64,000 nucleotides of DNA from Chiloscyllium plagiosum (Eukaryota): the NCBI RefSeq assembly GCF_004010195.1, contig NC_057718.1:97699300-97763299 (forward strand). The letters are read 5' to 3'. The position numbers were made by a program, and so were the translations under genes. Of the stretch, positions 38,725 through 51,724 are shown piece after piece; positions within the stretch are counted from its first letter, which is position 1; the number at the start of each line of letters is the position of its first letter. The notes under the pieces are model-generated. The model saw only the letters and a program-made list of their open reading frames with translations, was not told where the DNA came from and did no database searches.

Positions 38725-39852
38725 AGTAGGATAAGGGCCTATAGTGTTAGAGGTGAGGCACTAGCATGGAGAGAAGATCGGCTGCCTGGCAGAAAGCAGC
38801 GAGTGGGGATAAAAGGGTCCTTCTCAGGATGGCAGCCGGTGTCAATTGGTGTTCCACAATGCTCAGTGTTGGGACCACAACTTTTCACTTTATACATTAA
38901 CAATGTAGATAAAGGATAACGATCTAGATGAAGGAACTGAGGGAATTCTGGTTAAGTTTACAGACGATACAAAGATAGGTAGAGGGGCAGGTAGCATTGA
39001 GGAGGCAAGGAGGCTGCAGAAGGATTTAGACAGGTTAGGAAAGTGGACAAAGAAGTGGCAGATGGAATACAACATGGGAAATTGTGAGATCATGGATTTT
39101 GGTAGGAAGAACAGAGGGATGGACTATTTTCTATAGAGGCAGAAAGTTCAGATGTCTAAAGTGCAAAGAGACTTGGAAGTTCTAGTCCAGGATTCTCTCA
39201 AGGTAAACTTGTAGGTTGAGTCAGTAGTTAGGAAGGCAACTACAATGACGGCATTTATTTTGAAAGAATTTGAATATATTAATGCAGGGATGTACTTCTG
39301 AGGCTCGATAAGGCTTTGGTCAGACCACATTTAGAGTATTGTGCACAGTGATAAGCCCGATACCTCAGGAAGGATGTACTGGCCCCGGAGCGGGTTCATA
39401 GGAGGTTCACGAGAATGGTCCCAGGAATGAAAAGCTTTGAGGACTCTGGGTCTATACTTGATGGAGTTTAGAAGGTTGGGGGGATCTAATTGAAACATAC
39501 AGAATATAGAATGGCCTGGACAGAGTAGATGTTGGGAAGATGTTTCCATTGGTAGGAGAGGCTAGGACCCGAGGGCACAGTCTTAGAGTAAAGGGAAGAC
39601 TTCTTAGAACAGAGATAAGGAGAAACTTCTTCAGCCAGGGAGTGGGGAATCTATGGAATTCATTGCCACAGAAGGCTGTGGAGGCCAGGTCATTGAGTAT
39701 ATTTGAGACTGAGATAGATAGGTATCAAGGGGATCAATGCTTATGGGGAGAAGGTGGGAAAATGGTGTTGAGAAACTCATCAGCCATGATTGAATGGTGG
39801 AGGAGACTCAACGGGCTGAATGGCCTAATTTCTGCCCTATGTCTTGTGGTCA
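38725..39852 (+). mobile_element. CR1 LINE, RT region to 3' end (decayed)
   Basis: SGWQPVSIGVPQCSVLGPQLF...KFTDDTKIG...LQKDLDRLGKWTKKWQMEYN RT motifs. Confidence 0.9.
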
Positions 39853-39934
39853 GATGAGGACTGTTTAGTGGATGTTAGCATAAATTTATGGCCCCTCTAT
39901 TCCCAGCAGCGAACAAGGTCCGAAGGGAGTGCCG

Positions 39935-40405
39935 TATGGAAAGGCTGTTGTTAAATTAGAGATGTTACAGGGACTAGAGGGTTTGAGTTATGAGGAAAGC
40001 TGGGAAAAGCTGGAAATTTTTTCACTGGAGATAGGAGGTTGCAGTGTGTCTCATAAAGGTTTATAAAATCATGAGAGGCATAGATAAGGTGAATAGCAAA
40101 TGTCTTATCCTGGGTATTGGGGAGTTCAAAGCTGGAGGACGTAATTTTAAGGTGAGAGAAGAAAGATTTAAAAAGGGACCTGAGGGGCAACCTTTTTATA
40201 TGGACGGTGGTTCGTATATGGAATAAACTGCCAGAGGAAGTGATAGATGCAGGAACGGTTACAACAGTTGAAAGAAATTTGGACAGCTACACGAATAGGA
40301 AAGATGTAGAGGGATATCGACCAAACATGGACAAATGGGACTGGTTTAGTTTGGGAAACTTGATTGGCAGGGACTGAAGGGTCTGTTTCCATACTGTATG
40401 ACTCA
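39935..40405 (+). mobile_element. CR1 3' end enclosed by a 67-bp inverted repeat
   Basis: LIKVYKIMRGIDKVN, with tail ctgtttccatactgtatgactc. Confidence 0.85.
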
Positions 40406-42449
40406 AGGTCCATGAAACTGGAGAAATAGCTTCAAAGATCTATCACTGATCCAGACTTTCTTTCGCAATGTGAAATCACTTTTGAGCAATTTTGGACCTT
40501 GTTCGCTGCTGGGAATAGGCGGGCCATAAATTTATGCTAACATCCACTAAACAGTCCTCAGTGTGTACGGGGAATTGCAACTCTCAGAAAGACGTGATTT
40601 AGCTAGTCAATTGACAGCAGGAAGCACAAGGTGATGTCAAGGGGGGAATGTTTTGACAGCATTCGGTGAAGATTCCCAATGGATGACAGTCTTGATAAAC
40701 AACTGTAGCAGTCAGCAAAGACAAGGTGGTCACCTGGGCTGCATTGTTTCATAAAATTGACAATAGGGGGACCAAAGGTGACACAGCCAGCTGGTACAAG
40801 GAAACAACAGCAGTAGGAAGGATGTGGATAACGGGAACCGGCAGGACAATCAAGAGACCAAGATGCCCGAAGACTCAGGTGAACACACAGACCAAAGGGA
40901 GCCTTTTAAAGGCATAAAAGACATTGAAGGGATTGGGTGTGGCTCCCATTTGGCCATGTCAATGTGGTAGCAGGAGGACGGGTCCGTTTTCAGGGCAGAC
41001 TCCTATTAAGTATAGAACCAGCTTATCCAGGTGCCTTGCTGCAGTTTGCTGACTTCACACAGGCTTGATATTGGGCAACCCGAAGCCCAAGCCAGCCAGC
41101 ACCCTTCCCCTTGTAGATCACCAGGGATGGGATAGGTTAGCTCAAGGGCAAGATGGAGATTGGTGTTCGGATGCGACAGCATTCCACCTTTTGTGAAAGC
41201 CGGAGAGTGAAAGCTAAAAACTCAAAACGATTCTGGCACCTTGCGCTAATTGCGTTGCTAACCTTCTTGGGGAGCATTGTTCTCTTTATCACCTTCGGAC
41301 TTCGGTGACTTCCACTGCGTGTATAGCTTGGTGAGCCTGGGGTGGTTCTCCTCAGTGAAGAGAAGGTTGAGATGAGATTTGTTGGAGGTGCTCTTGATCA
41401 TGGGGAGTCTGAATGGAGTAGAACCAGTTAGAAACCGTTCCCATTGGCAGGAGGGTCGAGAGGACACTAATTCAAGAGGCACTTGGCATAAAATCCAAAG
41501 ATGACCTGAGGAAATGATTTATCATGAATCCATGATCCAAAAGAATGGCTTTCAGAGGGAGGATTGCTGAATCACGTGAGGGGAAAACAAATTGCTCACC
41601 TATAGAGAACCAGCTAAATTATGTAGAGAATCATCGGGTCCTTCTGTATTGTAGTCATTCTTTTCAATGATTCTATCTGATATAATTGGATGAAGCTTGC
41701 ACAAAGGAAACTAACCCTCCCTCCCCAATAACTCCCTCCTTTCCTCTACCCCTCCCTTTTCCCCATTAGCTCAGGTCACCCAGCAGCAGGTCCTACTGAA
41801 TAGGGCACGGAGCAGTCAGCAGGCATTAGGTTCCTCGCAGTTACTTTTGCTCTGTCAGCCTGCCTGTTGACTGAAGCTGGTGTTACAGAATGACTGCAGG
41901 GCAGAAGCAACCTTTAACCCCCATGTCAATCAGGCACTATAATCTGCCACTGAGCAGAACACGACACGCATCCGTCAACTGAAGTTTGGTGGTTCTGTAG
42001 CCTTTCATAAATGTCAGAGGCAACAGATGTGTCAGACATTCACAGAGCAAAACAAAGATGTCATTTTCCCATCAATTGCTCACTTCTTAAACATATAACG
42101 TAATAATGGCAGCTCCATACAAAGCCTCCAGTTGATGTCCAGAGAGGGAAGACCCACAAAAACTGAGGCATCACTGATAACTGCAAGCTGGTGCCAACTA
42201 ACCAAGGGTATACCAGGAACGTCCACCATTGCAGTGGTTCAAGATGGCAGCTCACCACCAAGGGTAACTAGGGACAGGTAATAAATGCTGGCCCAGCCAG
42301 CAATGCCCACATCCCACAAATAAACTCAGTAAAGCAAGCTATCTGCACTACAAATGACTGCTAAATTTTACAGCTGAAGACAGCGTTTATATTTTTTGTA
42401 TTTGTATGATCAGACTAGAATTGCATGACTAGATTCTGCTATAGATCAT

Positions 42450-42872
42450 ATGATATAGTAGCTTAATGAGGCCATTTGGCCCATCGAGTCTCCTCCTCCT
42501 TTCACTCATAGTTCAATCCCATTCCCTGCCTTCTCCCTGTAACCCTCTATCCTCTTACCAATCAATAATCTATCTATCTATCTCTGTCTTAAATACACTC
42601 AGTGACTTGGCCTCCACTCCCTTCTGTGGCAATGAGTTCTACAGATTCACCACCCTCTGGCCAAAAACATTCCACCTCATCTCAGTTCTAAAGGGTCACC
42701 CCTTCACTCTGAGGCTTTGCCCACAGGTCCTAGTCTCTCCTCCTAGAGGAAGCATCTTCTCCAGGTCCACTACATCCAGGCATCTCGGTATTCTGTAAGT
42801 TTCAATCAGATCCCCCCCTCATCCTTCTAAACTCCATCAAATACAAACACAGGGTTCTCAACCGCTTTTCAT
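42450..42872 (-). mobile_element. CR1 3' end
   Basis: ggccatttggcccatcgagtc...acagattcaccaccctctgg. Confidence 0.8.
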
Positions 42873-42915
42873 ATGTTGATTGTTTAACAAGTGAGCAATT
42901 ACTGGGAAAATGATA

Positions 42916-44629
42916 GTTGAAACTTTATTGCTGGAACAGCACAGCAGGTCAGGCAGCATCCAGGGAACAGGAGATTCGACGTTTCGGGCACAGGCCCTTC
43001 TTCAGGAATGAGCAGAGAGTGTTCAGCAGGAGAAGATAAAAGGTAGGGAGGAGGGACTTGGAGGAGGGGCGTTGGAAATGTGATAGGTGGAAAGAGGTCA
43101 AGGTGAGGGTGATAGGTCGGAGTAGGATGGAGGCGGAGAGGTCAAGAAGAAGACTGCAGGTCAGGAAGGCGGTGCCGGGCTGGAGGGATTCGGCTGAGAC
43201 AAGGTGACATGTAAATTGCCTGCTATGTGTCAACACTGACTGTACTTCCAAAGTACTTTATTGGCTGTAAAGCATTTTGGATCTTTCTGTGGCCATAACA
43301 GTTACTATATAAATGCAATTTAATTTTAATAACTCAATAGTTACTCATAGAAATCTAATGTTATATCACTGGGATGCTTTTTTGCCATTATTATGGCAAT
43401 AATGTTTTTTTCAAATTTAAAAAAAAGTTATGATATTTCAGCTACTTTAATCCCATGTGTATCACTGATGATTTGTATTTACTCTGTGGAAATTTTAATT
43501 GAGTAGAAGATTTTACTGCATTTTACTTTCTGATTTGCTGTTTGAGAATACTTCAGTGTAATTGGCTGCCAACTCCCTGCGGTGATATCACTGTTACTGT
43601 ATGCCTAGTGTTTGTCTTGATCTTGCACATATCAAGAAAGGGAAACTTCATGCCTCAGAGATCACTAGATAGCAGAAAATCCCTTTAATACTTCAAAGTA
43701 CTCTTTTGGTATGATCCTAGATATTGAATATTGTTAGATATTATTACTGGAGCGAATCATAGATTTACATTTAAATAGTTCCCATTTCTGTCTTTGTTCA
43801 CTCCTTTCCTCAGCAATATTTTGTGTTTGATTTTGTCTACTTTCTGTGGTTTTATTTACCCTAATGAAGAAGAGCATATCTTCTCAACATCACAACTATT
43901 GATCTCACCCTGCTTGGCTGTTGTATGGAACCCCCTACGTGTTAACCCCTTAAAGCCAAATACATAACAATATTGTCAAATTTGATGGAATTTTAATGCA
44001 TTTACTTTAGGGGAAATTTGGCATGTTAATATGCTGCAGTTTTTCTTATCTGCGATGTTTTGTGTTATGTTGCTGAAAATATTACTGATGAAATACTTAG
44101 CAGTTGTAGTAAAATCATGCGTATACTTAGGATGAAGAAGATTATGAGTACCACATATGCTTGGTCCAGTTCTTGTTGGATTCATTTGGATATCAAAGTT
44201 GAAACTTTATTGCTGGAACAGCACAGCAGGTCAGGCAGCATCCAGGGAACAGGAGATTCGACGTTTCGGGCACAGGCCCTTCTTCAGGAATGAGCAGAGA
44301 GTGTTCAGCAGGAGAAGATAAAAGGTAGGGAGGAGGGACTTGGAGGAGGGGCGTTGGAAATGTGATAGGTGGAAAGAGCTCCATCCTACTCCGACCTATC
44401 ACCCTCACCTTGACCTCTTTCCACCTATCACATTTCCAACGCCCCTCCTCCAAGTCCCTCCTCCCTACCTTTTATCTTCTCCTGCTGAACACTCTCTGCT
44501 CATTCCTGAAGAAGGGCCTGTGCCCGAAACGTCGAATCTCCTGTTCCCTGGATGCTGCCTGACCTGCTGTGCTGTTCCAGCAATAAAGTTTCAACTTTGA
44601 TCTCCAGCATCTGCAGACCTCACTTTCTC
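42916..44629. mobile_element. Composite Penelope-like insertion: arm (42916-43203), ~1 kb unrelated DNA, hairpin (44192-44629)
   Basis: Arms appear identical in sequence. 14-bp duplication ctgggaaaatgata at 42902-42915 and 44630-44643. Confidence 0.75.
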
Positions 44630-44924
44630 CTGGGAAAATGATATCCTTGTTTCGCGCTGTGGATGTTTGATATACCTGTTTCCTCCGACATTTATGAAAG
44701 GTGTAGTCACTATAAGAACCACCAAACTTTAGTTGACTAAAATGTGTCATGTCCCACTAGGTGTAGTGCAGATAGGAACAAGGTCAAAGGTCCCTTCTGC
44801 CTGCAATTACTCTTGGGTTAGTGGGAGCAAGTGACCAAACACTCGGCCATGACCAAATATGTCGTCATGAACCAAAATGGCATCTTTTTTTTCCTCTAAA
44901 GACTTCCTGTATCCTTTATTGTTT

Positions 44925-45210
44925 TGTGGGATGTGTGCATCACCGGCAGGGTAATATCTGTTGCCTATTCCTAAGTGCCTTTGGTTTGCTCAGTTATTCG
45001 AGCACGAAGGTCAGACCAGGTAAGGAGACCAGTCATTCAGATGGGTTTTTAACAGCAATCAACAATGGGTTCAGGATTGTCATTACTTCAGTTCCAGAGT
45101 TAATCGTTCCACTTAAAATCCAATCAGCTTCTGAGGTAGTATTTGAACCCACGTTCCCCAGAGTATTTCCTCTGGATTACTAGCCCAGTGACATTACCAC
45201 TATACCACCA
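44925..45210 (-). mobile_element. SacSINE1-like DeuSINE (diverged)
   Basis: aggtcagaccaggtaagg...agatgggttttt...atttgaaccc...ctctggattactagcccagtgacattaccacta. Confidence 0.6.
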
Positions 45211-45464
45211 GCTCTTCAGGTTCCCTATTCCTGTCAGATGTGGGTTAAGGAGCATGAGCTTAGGAACAAGCGAAGAGAATTCTTCCTCTTGAGCCTACTC
45301 CTCCATTCAGCCTGGTCATGGTTTGTCTGATTGTGGCTTCAACTCACCATCCAGATGTTGAAATATAGCACCCTTTCTTCTACATCATTGGGTCAAAATC
45401 CTGGAACTCCCTTCCTAATGGCATGGTTGGTGTATCTGCACTAAATGGACTGTGGTTATTTAAG

Positions 45465-45661
45465 TCGAGAGTGGGGTACTGGAAAAGCACAGCAGGTCAG
45501 GCAGCATCCGAGGAGCAGGAGAATCGACATTTCATGCAAGAGCCATTCCTGATGTCCGAAACGTTGATTCTCCTGCTGCTCAGATGCTGCACGACCTGCT
45601 GTGTTTTTCCAGCACCCCACTCTCGACTCTAATCTCCAGCATCTGCAATCCTCACTTTCTC
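45465..45661. mobile_element. Penelope-like hairpin element, family A, inside a LINE tail
   Basis: Inverted arms. 15-bp duplication ctgtggttatttaag at 45450-45464 and 45662-45676. Confidence 0.85.
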
Positions 45662-45877
45662 CTGTGGTTATTTAAGAAAGCAGCTCACCGCCACCTTCTG
45701 AAGAGTAATTAAGGATGGGCAGTGAACACTAGCTCAGTCAGCAATATCTACATCCCATGAGTGAGTAAAAGTAAAAAACAACACTTCCCAACTTGTGCTT
45801 ATCCATTCCTTGTGAGTTTTGTACATTTGCAGAAACTTTCCTTTTGTCTGAACTATTAATGAATTGGCTTCAAGCTG

Positions 45878-46157
45878 TAGAGTTGTGCAGCATAGAAACA
45901 GACCCTTTAGTCTAACTCGTCCATGCCGACCAGATATCCTAATCTAGTCCCATTTGTCAACATTTGGCCCATATCCTTCCTATTCATATACCCATCCAGA
46001 TGCCTTTTAAATGGTGTAATTGTACCAACCTCCTCCACTTCCTCTGGCAGCTCATTCCACAGCCCTCTTTGTGAAAACGTTGCCCCTTACATGCCTTTTA
46101 CATCTTTTCCCCTCTGACCTTAAATCTTTGGACTCACCCAGCCTGGGAAAAAGACCC
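45878..46157 (-). mobile_element. CR1 3' end
   Basis: tagagttgtgcagcatagaaacagaccct... Confidence 0.8.
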
Positions 46158-46971
46158 AACATTTGAATAGTTTTATTGCATTCACTATTATAGGGCACTC
46201 GTCGTTGCAACTAGTCATTTTTCTTTTCGATAGTTAGGTACAAATAATAGAAACTTCAGAACAGAGCGGAAATGTGTGAGCAAAGCTTGGTAATGGGTAT
46301 CAGCGAAACATCAAAAACAATATAGGAGCACATTAAGAACAAAGTGTCAATGAGATGGAACAAAAGTGAGGGACTGATCCAACAACAAATGCATTTACAA
46401 AGTGCAAGGCCACACTCCATTCCAAATTCAGTTCCTCTTCCAATTAATGGTTTAGATATTTTCTCACCAACCTGGGGACCCTGTAGATGCAGTATGTCTG
46501 GACTTCCAGAAAGTAGTTTTAAAACAGAAATGACTTCGTTCAAAGGGTTGTGTATCTGTGGAGATCACCTGCCCGGAATGTGGTGGATGCTGGGAGACTG
46601 CGTAAATTTAAGGAGAAGATAGATGGGTTGAAGGGCTATGGAGAGCAAGGAGGAAAATAGAGTTGAGACCATGAATATATTAAATGGCAGAACAGGCTCA
46701 AGCAGCTGAACAGCCTACACCAGTTCCTAGTTCTTATGTTATTGCTCCAAACTCCTCCAAACTCAACCTTGAGCCTTCATCGGTCCAATGTAGGGAAATA
46801 ATCCAGGCACCATAAGAGCACCCTCAAATAGTAGTTGATGGGACTTCTGCCTTTTTTATAATTAACAGACAGTCGAATAGTATAAACCAGGGGAAGCATC
46901 TAGAGGTTAATTAACTGTCTCACAACCATGATTTGAAGCTTCTGCCTGTGGCTTTAATAATTTTTATACAA

Positions 46972-47425
46972 GGGAAGGTGATGGCCTAGTGGTATTATCA
47001 CTGCACTGTTAGTCCAGAGACCCAGTATTGTTCTGGGGACTTGGATTCAGAGATTTCTGACCATCTTAAATTGAAGACACCGTATTTTTAAAGTGTACAC
47101 TGTTGGGGACACAATAATGTCACTGCGGTTAGTCATGTTCTAGGGACTAAGGTTCAAATCCTACCATGGGAGAGGGTGAAATTTGAGTCGAATAAGAATC
47201 TGGAATTAAATGCGAGCATAACGGTGACATGTAACCACTGATGCAAAAATCCATCTGGTTCACTGAATTAGTATCGGGATGGAAATCTGTCATTCCACTC
47301 TGATCTGATCCATATTCAACTCCAGACCCACAGCAATGTGGTTGGCTCTTAACTGTCCTTTAGATGATAAGGGTTGGGTTAGAAATGCTACCATGACAAA
47401 TGATATCCTACGACTGAATAAAATA
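46972..47425 (+). mobile_element. SacSINE1-like DeuSINE with a duplicated or interrupted head
   Basis: ggcctagtggtattatcactg...gttctggggac head. ctccagacccacagcaatgtggttggctcttaactg core. Confidence 0.65.
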
Positions 47426-47451
47426 AAGGGGAAAAAAATCTAGTTTTCCCC

Positions 47452-48148
47452 TGTGTTCTAGCTGAATGGAGGTCTGTTACCTCAGTTATCTGGATGCCTG
47501 ATTGCTGATGCTGTCACAAAGCTAGTTGCTTTTTTTCCTAAAAGCTGTTCCTTGGCTCATGGAGACTCTGTCCTTGATTTTTTTCCAAGGGGCAATAAAC
47601 CAGGCCAGACTCTGATCAGTCTGGTTTGGTACAGAGATGAAAAGGATTTTGAGAGGCCTATGTAAACAGTTAGGATTTCAGGCCAAAGTGGTCGTGTTTT
47701 AGAAGAGACCTGTATAATAAAAGGGGAGTGGTCAGCTCTTTAGCTAGCTGAGCTGAGCTGATCTGAGCAGTTTTAGTTCAGTCTTGAACTGGCAAGTTCA
47801 ACAAGGAGCTGTACGAAAACTCTCTCACTTTTCTGCCTCTCAGCTTCCACCTGTAAGCATGTGATCCATTTATACTTGTTTTTAAAGAGCGTTTGCTTAT
47901 TGGGACTGTTGTGTATATTCGGAACAGCATAATTAAGTCTAGTTGAATAGGTTGAGTTCTGTAGGGGTTCTTTATTCTTTGTGTTTTATTGTGAAATTTT
48001 GTGAATGAGTTTTTATGTTTTAAAATCTAGTGGTCAACCTAGCTAACTTACTCCAGGTAATTTTCACTGACCGAAACAAATTGCAAAGTTATGGTCTGGG
48101 CCTGCCTGCTTAAGAATGTTTTGAGTGGTCTGGCCTAGTCCATATAAT
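47452..48148 (+). mobile_element. Possible solo LTR
   Basis: Starts TGT, has a TATA-like tataataaaaggggag then a T/G-rich segment, ends ...ggcctagtccatataa. No clear target duplication. Confidence 0.35.
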
Positions 48149-48455
48149 GCCAGTGGTATGGATTCAATTCCCTGTTTGCCAAAGGTCTCCATGACTGGTA
48201 CTGCCTTCTCAACTTTGCCCCCTCAGCAGAGATGCAGTGACCCTCAGGTCAAATTCATTGCCATTGTCCATCTCCAATGAGACAAGAGGCCAATTTTAAT
48301 TAAATGCTGTAATTTGCTGCCTGAAAACTCCATGGAAGATTATTCACATGGTTCTCTATATTCACATTTAATAATATCTTCAAACATGGGACCTTTGATG
48401 CCAAAGACTTGATAGGACACAGAAGATTAAGTGAATTAACGTTCCAGGTAGATGA

Positions 48456-48673
48456 AAGTGAGGACTGCAGATGCTGGAGTTTGGAGTCGAGAATGTGGTG
48501 CTGGAAAAGCACAGCAGGTCAGGCAGCATTAGAGGAGCAGGAGAGTCAACGTTTCAGGCAAAAGCCCTCCATCAGGGCTCCTTCCTGATGGAGGGCTTTT
48601 GCCTGAAACGTTGACTCTCCTGCTCCTCTAATGCTGCCTGACCTGCTGTGCTTTTCCAGCACCACATTCTTGA
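48456..48673. mobile_element. Penelope-like hairpin element, family A
   Basis: Near-perfect arms. 14-bp duplication ttccaggtagatga at 48442-48455 and 48674-48687. Confidence 0.85.
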
Positions 48674-48847
48674 TTCCAGGTAGATGACCTGCTTTGCCAC
48701 AAAAAGGAATAAAGGGACAAATCATGTCTTTTACTACAGTCATTAAAAGCCTCTCACTGATGATAAATTGAAATATAAAATTGAGAAATTGAAATTTGCT
48801 AGGGTCCCAGAATAAGAGCATGGTGCAACAACAGTTAATCCTTTGTG

Positions 48848-49347
48848 NNNNNNNNNNNNNNNNNNNNNNNNNNNNNNNNNNNNNNNNNNNNNNNNNNNNN
48901 NNNNNNNNNNNNNNNNNNNNNNNNNNNNNNNNNNNNNNNNNNNNNNNNNNNNNNNNNNNNNNNNNNNNNNNNNNNNNNNNNNNNNNNNNNNNNNNNNNNN
49001 NNNNNNNNNNNNNNNNNNNNNNNNNNNNNNNNNNNNNNNNNNNNNNNNNNNNNNNNNNNNNNNNNNNNNNNNNNNNNNNNNNNNNNNNNNNNNNNNNNNN
49101 NNNNNNNNNNNNNNNNNNNNNNNNNNNNNNNNNNNNNNNNNNNNNNNNNNNNNNNNNNNNNNNNNNNNNNNNNNNNNNNNNNNNNNNNNNNNNNNNNNNN
49201 NNNNNNNNNNNNNNNNNNNNNNNNNNNNNNNNNNNNNNNNNNNNNNNNNNNNNNNNNNNNNNNNNNNNNNNNNNNNNNNNNNNNNNNNNNNNNNNNNNNN
49301 NNNNNNNNNNNNNNNNNNNNNNNNNNNNNNNNNNNNNNNNNNNNNNN
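48848..49347. other. Assembly gap (500 N)
   Basis: Run of N. Confidence 1.
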
Positions 49348-51151
49348 ACAAATGCTGGCAAATGGAATTAAATTCATGTAACATCTGGTTGGCATAAACG
49401 AGTTGGACTGAAGTTTCTGTGATGTGCATCTCTATAACTCAATGACTCAAGGTGATAGGAATTTGAAATAGAGTTGGAGTGTGGTGCTCTTGTGGTGCAA
49501 GGGTAGTGTCACTCCCTCTGAGCCAGGCAGCCTTGGTTCAACCCCCACTCCAAAGGTGTATCATGATACTTCTAAACATGTTCATTCATAATATCTAGAA
49601 ATGTTATGTGCCGTGTCCTCATCAGTTGATTGGGCAGTACTGATGGAGAAAGGGAAGAGGACAGATTGATGTTTTTTGTTGTGATCGTTCATTGGAGCAT
49701 GAGCAAACTTCTTGCGGAGGAGTCAGAGACCTGAAACATTTAAGTCTGTTTCCCAATGGCCTGTTTCCACACTGTAGGGATTATAAAACTAAATACTGCC
49801 CGATCTGCTAAGTGGCTCCAATATTTTCTGTTTGTACTGTCTAAGGTCAAGATTTGGATTTGGAAGCACGAAGTCATTTTTAATTTTCCAAACAGTGGAT
49901 ATTCAAGTGCAGATGGGAGGTGTGTCTTGGGGACCCTGCTATACTTAAGTCTGAGAATTTGGAGGGTTTTGAGTAAAGTTAAATAGTTACTTGGGAGATG
50001 TTAGACAATTAAATACAGACTAACTCCGGAACAACCATTGAACTAACTCCATACTTGCCTCACATGCCTCCAACTTCACCTCCTCCAGACCCCTTACACT
50101 TCCCAGACCCTAACCTGTATCCTGGAACACAATACCCTGACCACTTTGAACTTGACATCACTCTTGCACACTCCCACCAACCTCCTTCTGAGAACTGACC
50201 CACCTTCCCGTCACTCCACAACCACCCCTCCTTCCCCTTGCCACCAGATCCAAAACCCCTCAACCGCCCAGCTCCACACCCATCAGACTTGACACTCCCA
50301 CCCCCAATTTCATCCATTCCCATTATTCCAACCCTGACCTGCCCTGAACACTGCATCACAAAACTGGTCCCATTGCTATCTTGCACACTGACTTCTTACC
50401 CTTGTCAATTAGCAAAAAGAGTGAGGTTATTTGTGACCAAATGTGAGAACAATTAGTAATTCCATGCCCATAGATTGGAAATAACAGATGACCCTCAAAG
50501 GATCAAAACTTTAAAAGAAACTGATAAATGAATCAGTGTCTGAATTGTTCATGAAGAGCAAATAGTTAAATTTCATGGAGATTGCCAGTTGTCTTACAAT
50601 ACAAGTTTGTACAGTCACTTTTTGAGATTCTTGGTTTTGTAAGTTGCTTTTAGGTTTCTTTGTCAAAATTCCTTTTTTTAAAAAACTGGATATCAGCACT
50701 CAGAGTCAAAGAAAGGTCTTTCTTTTATGTGCAACACAGGGTAGCCAGAGGATAGTCAATGGAACCTTCACTGCATGCCAATGCTTGAACATAGGCTGAC
50801 ACACAAAGTGTTCAGACCCACTAGTCCATTCCAGTAGAGTTGCAACTGGCTTTTTAACCCACGTCCCTGTGTATGCCTGGAGGGTAAAATAGACATGTTT
50901 GCCAGAGGTAGCTTTCTGCCAAAATAGTTAGCCCCTTCATTTTCTCTTCAGCTTATTTCTCTCCCTGATCATTTATTTATGTGACATTCCATTGGCTTCT
51001 CACACGTCTTTACAAGTCAGTCACTGAGTATAAATCCAAGTGTTTCTATAGCAGTCCTCCTGTTACAAAGCAACACATTTTGTAATTAGAAACAAAAAAA
51101 AGTTGATTACTTCAGAGTTCTGCTCAGTCATCAGAAAAATGTAACACATTA

Positions 51152-51670
51152 AAACATAGAAAATAGGAGCAGCATTAGGCCATTCAGCCCTTCAAGCCTG
51201 CTCCCCCATTCAATAGGATGATCATCCAACTCAGTCCCCTGTTCTTGCTTTCTCCCCACGTCCTTTGATCCCTTTAACCCTAACATCTATTCCTATCTCC
51301 TTCTTGAAACCATTCATTGTTTGGACTTCAACCACGTTCTGTAGCAGACAATTCCACAGGCTCACCAGTCTCTGGGTGATGACATTTCTCCTCATCTCGG
51401 TCCTAAATGGGCTACCCTGTATCCACAGACTGTGACCCCTGGTTCTAGAACCTCCTTCCTGCATTTACCTTGTCTAATCCTGTGAGAATTTTATAGATTT
51501 CTATAAGAAACCCTTCCCCCCTGCTATCCTTCTAAATTCCAGTCAGTGTCATCCTAACTGATCCATTTCTCTTTCAACATCAGTCCTGCTACTTCAGACT
51601 GGTAAACCTCCATTGCACTCCTGCCATCACAAGAACATCCTCCCACAAATTACGAAACGAATCTGCACAC
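51152..51670 (-). mobile_element. CR1 3' end
   Basis: GSRTRGHSLWIQGSPFRTEMRRNVITQRLVSLWN. Confidence 0.85.
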
Positions 51671-51724
51671 AAGTCTGGCATGGTTTTTATGGACATTTGT
51701 CACTCTTCAGTCATTAGTCATTAG

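Noticed and set aside
48546..49429. Long ORFs of 178-271 aa in the ORF track
   Set aside because: Artefacts of reading through the 500-N gap.
50060..50390. C-rich low-complexity stretch and its Gly-rich antisense ORF
   Set aside because: Low-complexity, probably repeat-derived, with no coding evidence.
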